A stretch of 59,198 nucleotides of DNA, filler included, from Sphacelaria rigidula (GCA_964200075.2; 9 parts of 9 records of this genome joined end to end with filler, not necessarily neighbours in it); one strand, 5' to 3'. Shown: positions 1 through 13,243, counted from the whole stretch's first letter. The notes: generated by a model from the sequence alone, not told the origin. Translations and numbers: made by a program.

Positions 1-26
1 TCGTTGCTGCTTTCAACGCCTATCTG

Positions 27-82
27 ACTCGAAATTTCGAGCAACAAATGCCCCAATATACCCCCACCCCTATCGTAGGATG
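27..82 (+). repeat. Dispersed repeat end containing the palindrome CTCGAAATTTCGAG; second copy inverted at ~19607-19662
   Basis: actcgaaatttcgagcaacaaatg...ctatcgtaggatg matches the reverse complement of the end of contig 3; both copies lie near contig ends. Confidence 0.8.
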
Positions 83-527
83 GCTCATCTTGCTTCAAGG
101 GGCACTTGGACACACAGCAGTTGCTGCTGCCTACGTAGTATCATCTGTCAAATCGAAGCCTTGAGTGAGAACCCCCAGCGTTTGGTGCCCATGTACAAGG
201 ATGATCTACATCTAGTATCATGCTCCAAAACGTACCCGACAAGGGGGCAAAATCCCCGTACAGATAGTAGCAATACTAGGGATCCGACGTCGCGACAGTC
301 TGGCAGCCGGCAAGGTGGTTATGGTGATGTCCTTCTAGCGATATCAACTTACAGTACACTGGAGCAGAGTTTGCAGGTGGATATTTCGACGATTGCCTCA
401 CCTGCAGTTCGCCCAGATGTTGCGGATTTTTGCACGGAATAACTGAGTAATATTACATACATTTACATGCGGAAACGTATCAGACCCTCCCTTACATTAT
501 AAGTGGAGATATACCAGACCCTGCATT

Positions 528-765
528 GCGTGTGTGTTGTGTGTTGTCGTCCCATCTTTTCTGGACGCCGGTTTACACCTTTCGGAATATGTGGGCGCAT
601 CAGCCGGGGTCACGCAGGAGGAAGATCAACACAGGAGTTTTTTTTGTTTTCGTTTGTTTTTGGTACCCCACCTTCCTTCAGCGGTGCTTGCCTCTATTTT
701 TTTATCGCGAGAGGGGTTCAGCAGCCCCTTTCCCTCGTCGACCTTTGGGTCGAATTTTTGTTTAC
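528..765 (+). mobile_element. Dispersed non-coding repeat (SINE/LINE-derived); partial copy at ~856-930 and inverted copy at ~39760-39945
   Basis: Shared blocks gtgttgtcgtcccatc..ctggacgccgg..gtgggcgcatcagccggggtcac..tcgcg..cccctttccctcgtcgacc..tcgaatttt; three copies on two contigs. Confidence 0.75.
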
Positions 766-1954
766 TGCATTGTATATGGAAATGTACCCAACCGTGGACA
801 AAAGATTTCTACAGTCAGTACGAACGCGATGTTGAAAGTGTACTGCGCAACGTCAGTGTGTTGTGTGTGTTGTCCCATCTATTCTGGACGCCGGTCTCCA
901 CCTTTCAGTATATGTGGGCACACCAGCCGCGGCTGTGTTACCATACAGTTTTGCCCGAGATACAGGCAGCAATTACAGCGGCGGAGGCGGCTTTTCACTC
1001 CTACATGCGCCACCTGGGGCAAACGCACGCTGTAGCTGCAACACGGACAGTGTGCAAGATGCGACGAAGCGATATAACGCGTAGCGAGGGGTGATATCCT
1101 GCGTACGTTGGCCGCGAAACAAGCGACTGCATTCATGATGTGGGGGGCTGTATAGAAGAACGCGAAATCAATGCAGGACGGGGACAGGCTAAGGATGTCA
1201 CGCACTACGGTGTGCTTTGTCACCCTTCACTCTGCCGCTGTGCAGCGAGCAGGTAGTACCGCCGAACGCGTCACGCTACGGTTGGTACGCAGTGTCGGAT
1301 CCACACCCATGATAGGGTGACCTCTGCGTTGAATTAAATGAGACGCACCGAATGAAATTCAACGCGCGATTTTCCGTGTTGCCTACATCGTACCAGCGCG
1401 CTTGTGTACTACAGCGTTGTACTCCCCTCTGGCAGCCCGTCACGGTATTGCTCTTCATGTTTCATCACGCTTTTTTCGAAATCACGCAGAAGAGATGTCA
1501 GCATGTTCATCGTTGTTGCATTTGGAGGTGTGGTGAATCAGTTTTGTTTTCGATCTAGTGCTGCGTCCTGTACCAAATAGTATACCGTACCAGTGCAAAA
1601 ACGGATATGACTGATGAAAACGCCACCGACATGCTCTGGCTATCATGAACTGTGTTCGAGGCGCGAGAAGCGTAGTTGTGGTACTGCAACGAGTCCACCA
1701 GCCCCTCCACTACCTACCGTAAGGAGATAGATATCACGTGTAAGTACAAAATAAGTGACGGGCAGACCTTCATTTTGGAGTAGAAGGGCTCAGCCGAGAC
1801 CACTCCGGTTTCACCGTCGAAATCCGAGACAGCAACGTCACAAACACCGAAAGAAATTAAAATTGGACACGCCCTGGACACGGCAATCTATATTTGAAAC
1901 TCACGCAACACATGTGTGCTCCCGCGCATACCGCAAAAAAAGAAAGCACATCAC

Positions 1955-3745
1955 CTGCAGAAGACGTTGGCACAGCAGGCCTCCATCCCGTTCCACTCTT
2001 CCAGTGAGGGAAACGGGGCACAACCCGCGGGCCGCATGGGGTTGTAGGCGGACGTTGCCCGGTCGTACAGCTCTTTGTGCTTCACGGCAGCGAGTACCGA
2101 GATTGACTGGTGCACCAAGTGGGTCCTTTCACAACCGATGTGTACAAAAAACAACGGAGGAGGGACGGTATGTGTGCAAAACTGAGTATGGTATCGGAGT
2201 CACAAACATATATCTTCACCTCACGCATGTCTCTGTATCGTAGATCATCTCATCATGTAAGGAAGCACCCATTCCAGTTCTATTAAAGCCAACGGAAACA
2301 CCGTAGAACGTCCATTTCGTTCAGTCTCTCAACGTAATGTGTAATAAAAATGGGGCTTGCGGGGATCCTTCTTCGCGTGTACCAGACTCAATTATAGTGG
2401 AGAACACGATTGATGACGCGGTGTACTCACCCCGGTAGAAATCGACAAACACCCGGGTGGCGTTCGACTCCCTCGACGATCTCTGAAAGGGTCTTGAGGG
2501 TGCCTTTGGTATCCTTCCTCATGATTTTCGCGAAAACGATTCTTCTGCCAAGACGGGAAGGGAGAGGCAAGCAGCAGTGGGCACGCGGCTACCATCACGG
2601 CCTCTTTTTTTCTCTGTCGTCAATTCTGGTGTTAGATCCGCCTGCGTCCAGGACTCTTCGCCGATCGTTTCGAAACAAGTTTCAAACTGGAGTAGGGCGT
2701 GGACACGTCACCCAAACATCCGAACCCTTGGGCATATTTTCGCTCCCATTAGCATCGAATCTCTCAGATCCAGCGTCACATTAACCCCCTTGCGCCGACG
2801 GTCTTTTGGGCCATAGCGTACAGCGTTAGAAGGTAGTAAAAAGCAACAGAAGCGTTCGTTAAATGCCTTGCCAGGCCTGCAGCTGCGGGAATGACTGCAC
2901 GCATGTGTATACTCACCAGGGGGGCTGATCTTTTCCTAACCCTCTCGACGGGAGTGCGAGGTCGTCCCCACGCAACTCCACAGCACAGATGATACCTCCT
3001 CCGTATTTTCGACGCCAGCTCGACTTCTTTAATCGTGGTCAATTCTTCTGGTCACTCTCTCGAAACAGTGTACATTTCTACTCCGAGTCGAAAAGCAGAC
3101 ACTTCATCACTTCAGTCAACCGCAGTTTACATGACTGTATATTGAAGCCAAATCACTGGACGTATGCTGCTCCCCCGTTCTTCCCCGCACATGGTGGGCC
3201 CAAGCACACGCTGCGAGTTCTGTGACAACTTTGAGGGCTATGCTTATTGTTTTGCATCACAAAGCGCGAATCTGTAAAGTTTGAGGCGCGGAAAGGATAA
3301 CAGCGGACGTTTAGCACGTGAATCACAGGGTCGCCTGAGAGCTTACTGGTGACAGGCAGAGGACAAGGCACTTCTTTAAATCGCTTCCGAATGTTTATTC
3401 AGAGTAAATGAGTAAAATCCTCTCCGTAATTGCCTGGTAGTTAAGGAAGCGGTTGCGCCGTCATGTGGGAGAGGGGATCAAAGGTTTGTAAAGTTGACAA
3501 AACTGTTCCATGCAAGGCACCCATTATTCTACACACTATTTTTCTATCGTGGTGAGACTCACCCATTGAGGGCTACTCGGAAGAGTGTAGACGTGATACT
3601 TGATCTTCGTTTGGCAGCAAGTAGCAGCACATCGCCAGCCCACGGTCCGTCGAGTGCAGGTGCCATGAAGGTTGACGCGAAGGCGTGAACAGCGAGTACC
3701 AGGAACACACAACGTGTACGCACGATGGATCGCCTCCAATTAGCT
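1955..3745 (-). pseudogene. Degenerate multi-exon coding remnant of unknown product (probably TE-derived)
   Basis: Several minus-strand exon-like blocks end in GTGAGT/GTGATG donors (e.g. CERTHLVHQSISVLAAVKHKELYDRATSAYNPMRPAGCAPFPSLEEWNGMEACCANVFC and KIMRKDTKGTLKTLSEIVEGVERHPGVCRFLP); in-frame stops and frameshifts; no family recognised. Confidence 0.35.
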
Positions 3746-5299
3746 TGAAAGCCGAAGGTTCACGCACTCACGGGAGTAAATAAATGCTCGCTGGCACCAT
3801 CGAGTTCGACTAACGCGCGACACCACACAAGGGTCAACTAGCCGTTAACATAAAACTTCGCCCAAGTTATCCACACTAAGTTGTTGGAAATATTTTGTGG
3901 CTCGTGGCGTTTGGTACTGTTCTCGAAACAGACCGACTACCGTTGCAGAGACACTAGTATAGCAGAGGTTGCACAGTGGTAGTCAAACCACTTGCTTCTG
4001 CAGCAGACAAAAAGTCCAAAGACAAAAACGGTGTTTGGGGCTCTTCACTTCGGCGGAACAATATCAAGGCAGCCTCTATTGCAAACAGAGTGCTGAGGAA
4101 ATGAAGAAGAGCTGGGTAAGCTTGGTAAGCTTGGGAGAGTGATTGCAAGGGCGATAGACCACCGAATACAACCATGCTTAATCCTGGAAGAAGAATCCAA
4201 AACTCTACACGTACGTAAGGGCTAATCGTATCATTCAATTCAACCTCGCTATTGCTGACGCGGTAGCCTTGCTAGCTTAGATTAACTGCAAAGTTGCACA
4301 CAAGATATCCTGTAGCTTACGTGGCCTAAATACTCTGCTAAAGTATCTTTCATTGACAAATCATGGCAACACGCCTACTGTAGCAGTATTCTACCTGAAG
4401 CGTCATTCACACAGGTAGACTATAAATCAATACAAAAGAGGTACTCTCTGTGAAAAGGATACTCATGACACGGTCTCACGTGGTTCGCTGTTTCCTTGAA
4501 ACGCAACAGGTTGTACCGCTATCTTTTGTTGCAACAACTCTATTCAAACATGATGAATATAGAATACATCGTCTAGATTTTTCCAACATAAGCGACTGGG
4601 GGTGAATCTAAATCAGCCGGTACCGATACTGCTGCTGCTGCTGCTGCTGCCGTTCTTCCTCATGGGAGAGACGGTTCGCGTTTCGATCCTGCTACAACGC
4701 CCACGCGCCTTGCACCTAGCACGTGATAGCCACCGTGCTGGAAAGCGCTGGCCCGTACTACCCGCCGAAGGGTCTATACGTCCTCACTAGGCTAAGTGCT
4801 GGGAGATATAGCTGCGCGCATCTCCCTGTGCGAGCTGTGCACGTCGGGTGTGTCTCACAAACATGACCGCTGCTGGTGATGAAGAATAAAGCCAGCGTTC
4901 AATACAGGGGAAAACGAGTGATATGTACTCGTAATGAAAATGCTAGAGGTAAATGTACCAATTAAGGTACGCTCAAGGCAGCTGAAGCGAAAAACTCTGG
5001 TTCACGGGAACCACGACACATTAAACAATGACCAGAGTATCCGGGGAGAGGCAGTTTAATCCTCCATCACCCGAGTTTCTCAAAATTGGAAAATTATCGG
5101 ACCCAGTTGCAGAAGTAGATGTGGCGTATGGCTTTATCGACGTGAAAATGCGGCCAAAACACCCTCTGTTTCAATTACGGTACACTTTACGCAGCAGTTA
5201 ATTTTTCGCGACCTTAGACATTTCAGACCTTTTTCTTTGGTGCAAATTTTGATAACAATATTGCGGTCCTTTGAGAAAAAGAGTAAGAACAGTTGGATC

Positions 5300-6290
5300 C
5301 GGGGATGAAAATCGCATTATCCCCTGTTTTTCGGAACAATTTTTGTCATTGAGTCGGTGCTTGGCAACACCGTACCCGACGATTACTATTGCTTTCCTTC
5401 TTCGTTCTTAAACCCATTGAAATACGTTTCGATAGTAATCTCCCAAAGTTTGGCGTTCATCGGTTTTGATTGAGGTACTCTATCACGCACGTTGAGTGAT
5501 GCGCCCTGTAGACTCTAGCCACATTGTGTAAGTGGAGTTGCAGGTCTGATTACCGGACTTTGTGGTAAGTCTACAGCCGCCCTAGTCACTCATTTTTCAC
5601 CAGAAATCGATAGTGACTACGAGAATGGAACACTTGGGACGTTTCAGGCCTTCTCCTTTGGTATAAATGTGCATGACACTAGTGCGGTCCGTTTTGCAAA
5701 AATCAAAATAACGCGGGGATGCAAATGGCCTATCCTATAGTTTTCGGAAAAATATCGATATTGAGTCTGTGTTTGGCAACACCGTACTCGACGAAAACGA
5801 ATTCTTCTTTTTCTTCTTTATTAACCCATCGAAGTAAGTTTTGACGGTGGTCTCCCAACATTTGGTGTTTATGGGTTACGATGAAGGTACTAAAACGCAC
5901 GTTGAGTGATGCCCCCTAATCACCAGAAATAGACAACGCTGCGAAAATGAAACACCTAGAGCTAGGACATCCCAGATATTCTCCTCTGGCACAAACCTTT
6001 ACGCATCACAATGCATCACAATGCATCACAATGCATCACAATGCATCACAATGCATCAACTTTCGGCACCAAAGAGGAAAAAGAGTCAATTCGGGGATAA
6101 AATTGGCCTGTCCCCGAATTTTCGGAACGAATTTTAGCATACTTCTCCGTGTTTGGCAACGCGGAACTCGACGAACACGTTCGTAGAGCTCTATAACTTC
6201 TGTTTATTTAGAGCTACCCAACCAAGTCAGAGAAGTTTCGACGTAGTTGTCGCAAACCTTTGGTGTTCGACGGATGTGACCGAGTTACAA
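5300..6290 (+). repeat. Three diverged ~380-410 bp tandem units (starts ~5300, ~5714, ~6092)
   Basis: Recurrent blocks CGGGGAT.AAAAT...TTTTCGGAA...TTGGCAAC...CGACGA...TTTGG.GTT; the first two units end ACGCACGTTGAGTGATGC. Confidence 0.8.
6003..6058 (+). repeat. 10-bp minisatellite (GCATCACAAT)x5.6
   Basis: Directly visible perfect tandem repeat. Confidence 0.97.
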
Positions 6291-6489
6291 TAAAAGACGA
6301 TTAACAGCGGATTCTGAAAAATGAGATCCGTATCAAAAATGAGGTTGAAGTGGCATTTCTTTTTCGCAGGGATGACGCGCAACACTTACGACCGAGCAAA
6401 GCCATCTCCCCCCCCAAATGTCCGCACAGTTGAGCAGCTGTGGCTGGGTGCACCTAACGAATGCGGGATACACGCGTGTCGATGACGAT

Positions 6490-6589
6490 NNNNNNNNNNN
6501 NNNNNNNNNNNNNNNNNNNNNNNNNNNNNNNNNTTAATTAATTAANNNNNNNNNNNNNNNNNNNNNNNNNNNNNNNNNNNNNNNNNNNN
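6490..6589. other. Artificial contig linker (N44-TTAATTAATTAA-N44)
   Basis: 100-bp N block with a central 12-mer carrying stops in all six frames; identical at eight positions spaced 6589/6588 bp apart. Confidence 0.99.
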
Positions 6590-6840
6590 TCCACTGCTGC
6601 TCTCGTGCCGGGGGTTTCACACCATTCCGGCATACGTGGTATCCGTGCCTCTTCCGGGAGGACTGTCTGCGCTGCTTCGAGGATAGCTTCAGTAAACACT
6701 TTTGCGGCCGCCGGTGTGGTGGTGATCGGTCGGTATTCTTGTTCGGCGAGGTTATGTAGGAACCTCTCGGTCACTTGCCACCTTGCCATTTCGGTCTGCA
6801 GCTGCTGTCGACTGAATTGCCGCTGCTTCGACTTAAAAGT
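6590..6840 (-). mobile_element. Non-LTR retrotransposon (RTE-like LINE) ORF fragment from the endonuclease-RT linker, cut by the contig end
   Basis: KSKQRQFSRQQLQ...FTEAILEAAQTVLPEEARIPRMPEW resembles the AI..AA..VL......PW linker between the APE and RT domains of LINEs. Confidence 0.65.
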
Positions 6841-7217
6841 GAGAAAGAAAAATACCGGAGCATTGAGTGCCCAGGCAGTAGCCGCCCTCGTGCAGGATAC
6901 AAGATGAGTAGAAGTTCTCGCAGACCAGCTTAGTGCATGATCGCGACTATGTGCTGGATCAGTGGACACATCGTGGGACACTGATCACATTTTTAGCTTG
7001 TTCCGTCAACGATTGAGGGCAAAATCAGAGTCTGCGTCCCGTTCTCTACTTGGGGTCTACACGACGGTTCAACTTTGTTTTGTACTGCACTGTCAAAAGA
7101 GCGACCTGGCCTCGGCAGGTAAATATACTATTTTTTGCATCCCTTGCACCGGCAATCATCTGCGTCGGAAGCTTTCAACTCCAGACTGGGACAACACAAC
7201 GTCAGCATTCGACGCCG

Positions 7218-7486
7218 CACACGCGGCCATTTGGCTACCTCCAAACTTCCTCCGCGTTGGTACACTTTTCGAGCCTCCAGAGGAATTAAACGCCTCCGGA
7301 GGGGTGCGCGGCCTTCCGGAGGAGATTTTTTGGTTCCCTCCAGAGGGATTGAACGCCTCCGAAGGCTTATTTTCTTCCCTCCGGAGGGCTGCGCATACCC
7401 CCGAATTCCTCCGAAGGGGTGTGCGACCCTCCGAGTCGGCAGAGTTTGGTCTCCTCTAGAGGGGTGTAGCCAAATGGCCGCGTGTG
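7218..7486. mobile_element. Non-autonomous DNA transposon (MITE), CACTA/EnSpm(CMC)-like
   Basis: Perfect 21-bp TIR CACACGCGGCCATTTGGCTAC/GTAGCCAAATGGCCGCGTGTG; 2-bp TSD CG/CG; internal CCTCCGGAGG/CCTCCAGAGG repeats; second copy at 56975-57330. Confidence 0.9.
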
Positions 7487-8667
7487 CGTATTGCACTAGA
7501 CTTCGTTTCACGCCCTTCCTCGTGTGCGAGAAGCTGTGGGTGCACCCACCCTCCGACAATCAGCGCTGTGAACTCTCTGTTCTTGATGCCGTTATGCACC
7601 GTCTGTACTCCAGTACAAATGGATTGCTTGCACCAAGTAATCATCTGCTTCGGAAACATCGCAGGACCAACGCGATCTCGCGTCCGCTCGAACGGTCGCG
7701 AAACGCAGGTGTACCCCCCCCCCCCTCCCCCCCCCACAAATCCTAGCACGAATCCAGGAAATGGGCCCCTAGCATTGGCAGTGGCCCTAACAATCATCTC
7801 CCGGGGCGGGTGCGGAGGGACTTCCGCACTAAAATCAGCATTACATCTCGTGGACGCCTCGTTACAGAGTATGCTGCACGCTCGTGCGTTTGAAATATTA
7901 TCTATCTATATATATACTATACTATACCGGCTCACTGATCTGACCGCGGGACCTTCCCTGAAATGACCACTGCTGTATGATGCATTGGGGTTTGAAGTAC
8001 CCAACGCAACCATCGGCGTTCGAATCGCACACGTAACCGCGGAGAACCGCGCGAGCGAAATCTATCCCTCGATGGAGTGTCCCGACCAACGCGCCGTTCC
8101 CAATAAATGCAATTGAGAAATAATAACAGACAGAACAGGCTCGAGGAGAAACCTCGGACGGGAGGTCTGAATCGGTCGCGGGGTAACTTTGGTTTGGTGG
8201 GTGCGCATGTCCAAGTGTGATGTACACCGGCATTTTCTGTCGAGAAAAGTGCCCCCGCTTGTGTACACAACCGCTGAGGGAACCCGATGTAGAGAACATG
8301 GAGTGTACTGGAACAGATGGCACCATGGCGACTGAATTATGCTCTTCTCTTCATCTGTTGTGATACCAACATGTTCACCGTACCGCCTCTACAGCCTCCG
8401 TCCGCTGCGACTTGATCTGTAACGTCGTGATTACACGGACAAGTGTCCCTCACCCCAGGGTCAGTCGTATGTTGTCTTGGCATACTTTCGACTTGAAAAA
8501 TGAATGCAAAACCCAGATGCCCGAGTCGGAGGTCCAAGGGTTCAACTTTAAAGCCGGTTGCAGGAAGAGGTGACCGTCTCCAGGGATTTCGACTTGAAAA
8601 ATGAAAGTAAGACGGAGATGGCCCACTCTGGCGATCAATCATCACTTTTTGAGCAGACACGAAGAGG

Positions 8668-8715
<48 letters not shown>
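8668..8715. repeat. (GTT)n microsatellite forming the tail of a minus-strand retroposon 3' end (~8716-8830)
   Basis: Visible repeat; the adjacent sequence matches 44725-44860 in the opposite orientation. Confidence 0.95.
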
Positions 8716-11169
8716 CTTCACATTAAAAGACGTTCCGATATCTGCGCGGTATATTCGTACGGGGCATCTGATACGGACGCCTTCCGTGGTCACAGGCTTG
8801 CAAATAACCCCCCCAAAAAAGACCCAGATTAAAACTCACATAACGCGATACAAGCGAAACACGGATGAATAATGAAGAAGAAAGAGAGGTGACACTCTCC
8901 ATATAGTAGGGGCAATCCGATACTTGGTGATACCCACAGACGTGAGGAGGAATACAGCGAGGGGCACAGAGACTATAAAATAGTACTGTACTGCGCTACT
9001 GTACTGCTTTATACTGGGCTGTGCGGTGTACTTCGGCTTTTTCAATATACAATGACGACAGCCACCCTCGGGACTCATCATGAGTCATTTGTGTTTCATG
9101 GGCGTAATTTTGACTTCAGACATGGATGCTCACCGTGGGCAGACCAATGATTCAATTTCGTAACTGAAGACAGGAAGAGGTGACGCTTCGCCATCAAAGG
9201 TTTTGGTGTAATCTCATATTTGGCGATACCCATAGACAAACGGAACGAACGCAACGGAGAGGAGACAGAAGACAAAACCGTACTGTATTTTAATGCTTTG
9301 TACTGCTGGACTGTACTGTGCGTATTAGATTGGGTTCGTCTCGACCTGTGCAGACAGTCGCCCCCATGGTGGGTCATCTCTGTTGCATGGTCACAGTTTT
9401 GACGTGAAACTGAATGATGAACAGACCATACGGTCGATGCAATGCAGCGGGGAGGTGTGCGTATCACGGGTGCTGAAGGCCCTCTCCGCTTCTCCTCCGA
9501 CCGACCGGAAGGATCATTTGCGTATCATTGGCTTGCGCAGTTTTCCATCAGGAATATCCTACACACTTTTGCCAAAACAATCCTACTTCGTATATGTTTT
9601 GGCCCCGATTAGCATCGTCAACAATGCATCACATAGGTAGCAGTGTGCAGTTAGCAAATATGTCAAACTTCCGTTCGTCACACCTCAGCTTATGACGGCT
9701 GGCGTGAGAGCTGTGAGAGGCGAGCTTCGGAATACTTGGGGCATCTTTCCTTGTTCTTCGTTGCTCTAGCTCCATGTTCAGAGCGCCAGCTGGACGTTTT
9801 ACCTTTGATTTTCCCGCTTTCGAAGCTGTGATGTTATGAATGTGGTTCACCTTTGCACGAATTCGTTTCGTTTCTGTCACATCTGTTGCATGCGGCGTTG
9901 AAGGTACAATGTGCTGTTCATTCACGACGACATCACGCTGTGGTTCTCGTTCCGTTTGTCACGGTTCGCTTGTTACGGTTCGCCTGTGACGTTTTGGATC
10001 GGCAGGACGTCTCCGTTGAGGTGCAAGTGGAAGGCTTGCTCTCCGAAGACGGACTGCCCCCGTCGCGCCTGAAGATGCGGCGGAAGATGATGGAGACGCT
10101 GCTTATGGGTTCGGCCGAAGGGGATCGGTTAGGTGAGCCATGAGCTATCACGCAGTGATGGAGATGATTTGATATCGACGCTGGAGTGTTCTTCGCGTAA
10201 TATACAGCAGCACCTATGAACAGTTTGCTAGTGCTTACCCTACGGTGACGCGGGAAGCGGCCGAGGAAGGGTTGGCTCCAGCTTTCCCTACTGATGGCCA
10301 TTGGGGCACAGGAGTGTAGTTCCAGTGTAGTCCTAGTCCAGTCTTACTATAATAGTGCATTCCTAGTGTATTCCGGTTTTCGAATGGTAAGTCAAGCCGA
10401 ACCACTTCCTCGTGTCAAACACGGCCGAGCTTCAATAGGCCGCGGAATCTAGTACTTTTCAATACCGTCTTTTTTATTTTATTTTTTCAATCCCCCCTCC
10501 CCCCCCCCCGCCCCGCGCGCGCGCGCCTGTCCCCTGTTGTGCCTTTTCTTCTTCGTCTCCTTCATGTACGGGCCCCTGACTTGTATGTAGCAAAGCGGCC
10601 GGGGCTTGTTTTTTTCCGCTTTCTTTTATCTTGGAGCCGGTGTTTGATGCCACAATGGCGTTTTCTCGCTCCTCGTTTCCCTTCCCTTCCCTTCCTCTCG
10701 TTTCCTTTCCTTTTCATGCCTTCAATTGTGTTCTGGGTGTTGAGTGTAGTCAATGAGTTTCTTCTCTCCCGTCTTTTCCCTGTCTCGGCTCTCTCGAGTT
10801 TCCGCCAGCGATTGTTTCCCTTCGCTGCATTCGGGGTGGTTACGTACGTTCATCAGTAGTCCATTCGGGCAGTACACTCGCTGGTACATCTACCGCCTTT
10901 CTCCGAAGAGCTGTGCTAGTCGTCTATGAGGGTGCCTGTAGTTGTTTTTTGTTTTTGAGTTGAACCCTAACATGGTGGCCATGCTAATCTCCTTGTGTCA
11001 CCTGTCATTTCCTGTTTTGTCCTTTATTATCTTCTCCCTTCCTTTCTTTCGGTGTCCATTTTCAGCAGATCTGGCATTTTTATGTTCGTCTTTTTTTTTT
11101 TCTCTCCTCCCCGTTGAAGTCGAGGGAGCTACTTCTCACAGGTTTTCGTGGCGTCTCACTTCTTATTTT

Positions 11170-11290
11170 TATTTTTGGTAATTTGTCTGGTAAGGAATAG
11201 CAGGGACGGTATTGGAAAGGCGAGCCCACGTCTGTGACCACAGGTTCGCGAGATCGGACTAATGTGCGGAAAAATAATAATAATAATAAT
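11170..11290 (+). mobile_element. LINE/SINE 3' end with (AAT)n tail
   Basis: TGTGACCACAGGTTCGCGAGATCGGACTAATGTG followed by (AAT)n; related ends at 27850-27955 (-) and 33722-33795 (+). Confidence 0.7.
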
Positions 11291-11443
11291 ATTCTGATCA
11301 TGGCTGTGCGCCGAGCGACCCAAGTTTATTATACTGGGCGTTCATCAACCAATCAATCAAATGCCCAAGCACTTGTCAATCAATCATCAGTTCGTCGACC
11401 TCCTATGTACACCGTGTGTAATGTGATGTGATGCTCGCACCAG

Positions 11444-11573
11444 GCGTGGCTGTCGTCGCTCGAGGAGTAGAGGACGCCGTGAACGCCACGAGTTCGTACT
11501 TGAGGAAGAAGGACGATTACCTGGGGAAAATCAGACAGCTAGTTTTCAACCTCAAGAAAAATGACCAACTCAG
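11444..11573 (+). CDS. Internal exon of a TFIIS central-domain (TFIIS_M) protein, probably transcription elongation factor S-II
   Basis: cag|GC...CTCAG|gtgag splice sites; translates VAVVARGVEDAVNATSSYLRKKDDYLGKIRQLVFNLKKNDQLR, matching the TFIIS_M pattern Y..K.R.L.FNLK.N..LR; other exons not identified on this contig. Confidence 0.8.
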
Positions 11574-12890
11574 GTGAGACCAGCTGTGAGGCTGTGAGGC
11601 TGTGAGGCTGTGAGGCAGACAACGTCGTCTTTTGGTCCCGATGCTGACGTATGCATTACACTGTCCGAGCATTGGCAACAGCTCACGTGACTCGAAGCGT
11701 ACTGCGCACAGCATCGAATATCTTGCCTGTTGTTGCAACAGGCCAAATATCCGATATATGATTGATGTTACATTAGACAAAATATTCGATGCTGACCCAG
11801 AAACAGACGAAATATTCTATACTGCAGGCAGTACACTTTTTCTTTTTTGCTAATGCCATCTATTGCCATTGTCCAGGGTGTGGTGCATTGCAAGGATGCG
11901 CAATTCTTGTCTTTCCCCCGTGAGGGATATCGCACGTGATATGCAGCATGACCAAGGTTGCTTGCGGTCGTTTGCGCTTTTTTGGGGGGCGCACGTCGCC
12001 TTCGGCTCCCGTGTGCACCACCGCATCGGCGACTACGGACTTTTTGTGAACTTTGGTCGATATCCAGACATGCAGAGATGCAGAGATGCAAAAAACATCC
12101 GAATGAATCGTGCTCCTTCCCGCGACGCTTCAGACGTGTGTAACCCTATTGTGTAAGAGGTGATTCAAAGTAGACCAGCCCTCGTTGGGCCCTATCCCTG
12201 CTTTGCGGGGATACAAGGTCAGTGGTCTCGTGACTACGGCATGCGAGATCATGAGCACCTCCCGCCACCCCCACCCGTATCGAAGGGTTACTCCTCCCGC
12301 CTCTCCTGTGCTCGAATTTCCTTCCGCTAGTGTAGCCCTTTTAGTCAAGTTTGGCCACTTATGTCTGCCTTGTTACCACGGTTAGATTCTAGCGGACCAC
12401 TTCACGTGCGATAGTCGACCAGTTGATGAATTTCAATCTTGGAAGATGACAAGCCTGGAGCTGGCCTTACAGCCAAGGCGGCCTGAAACGCCAAGATGGA
12501 TGCGTGCTACAGCTATTATACATCTGTGGGGGCTTCGGTGTCTCAACGGTGTCGGAGGCGAACGGCGTGAACTCAATTGTTTCAACCTGATGCTTGGTTG
12601 AATGTCACAGCTCACTGCGAGATAAGTCGCTGTGTGGAGATGGTCGCGGAACACCTTGCCTCGATTATTTTATTGATTAATTTTCTTTGCGCATTTTGTC
12701 ATTGATAGATTTTCTTTGATAGATTTTCGTTGATTGGTTGTCGATGGTTGGCTGATCTCCAAGCCGTGATCACGATATGAATTTACCCCAAGGTAAAACA
12801 GAACCGGAAACAGTCACGAAAGGGGGCTCGAGAGGGAAGGCAAAGGAAAATAGAAAACACAGTAAGTCAAGAAATGAAAAACATAACATT

Positions 12891-12895
<5 letters not shown>

Positions 12896-12931
<36 letters not shown>
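12896..12931. repeat. (CA)n microsatellite
   Basis: Visible repeat. Confidence 0.97.
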
Positions 12932-12933
<2 letters not shown>

Positions 12934-13078
12934 ATGGTCGTAGACGTGAAGAAGTGTTGTTGCATTCACATTTAACGGTAGCTTGATTTTGCTGGTTGAT
13001 GGGCCTACAGTAGTCAGCGTCAGAAGATGCAGAATCCGTAATTTCTTAGTTTCTCAAAGATTGTCCAAATTTGTTTTG

Positions 13079-13178
13079 NNNNNNNNNNNNNNNNNNNNNN
13101 NNNNNNNNNNNNNNNNNNNNNNTTAATTAATTAANNNNNNNNNNNNNNNNNNNNNNNNNNNNNNNNNNNNNNNNNNNN
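13079..13178. other. Artificial contig linker
   Basis: N44-TTAATTAATTAA-N44. Confidence 0.99.
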
Positions 13179-13243
13179 CGGGAATCGAACCCCCCAACTC
13201 AACCATCAGAAGGTTAAGAGGTTACCAACTGAGCCACCGGGGC
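13179..13243 (-). mobile_element. tRNA-derived SINE head (tRNA-like, anticodon position CTG), cut by the contig end
   Basis: Reverse complement GCCCCGG TGGCTCAGTTGG (A box) ... TTAACC-TTCTGAT-GGTTGA stem-loop ... GGTTCGATTCC (B box); the D arm pairs poorly; near-identical copy at 39386-39434. Confidence 0.75.

Noticed and set aside
931..1290. Transposase fragment (MULE-like AAFHSYMRHL or Tc1-like FMMWGAV)
   Set aside because: Too degenerate, with incompatible family hints
3965..4115. PH- or AP2-like exon (CLGLFTSAEQ...SAEEMKKSW)
   Set aside because: The motif hints are short and conflicting, and no partner exons were found
6962..7966. Overlapping 140-200 aa ORFs (also 56710-57475)
   Set aside because: They arise from the GC-rich, stop-poor MITE interior
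13179..13243. Functional tRNA-Gln(CTG) gene
   Set aside because: The D arm is poor, the 3' acceptor strand is not visible, and it is repeated at contig ends; a SINE head is more likely
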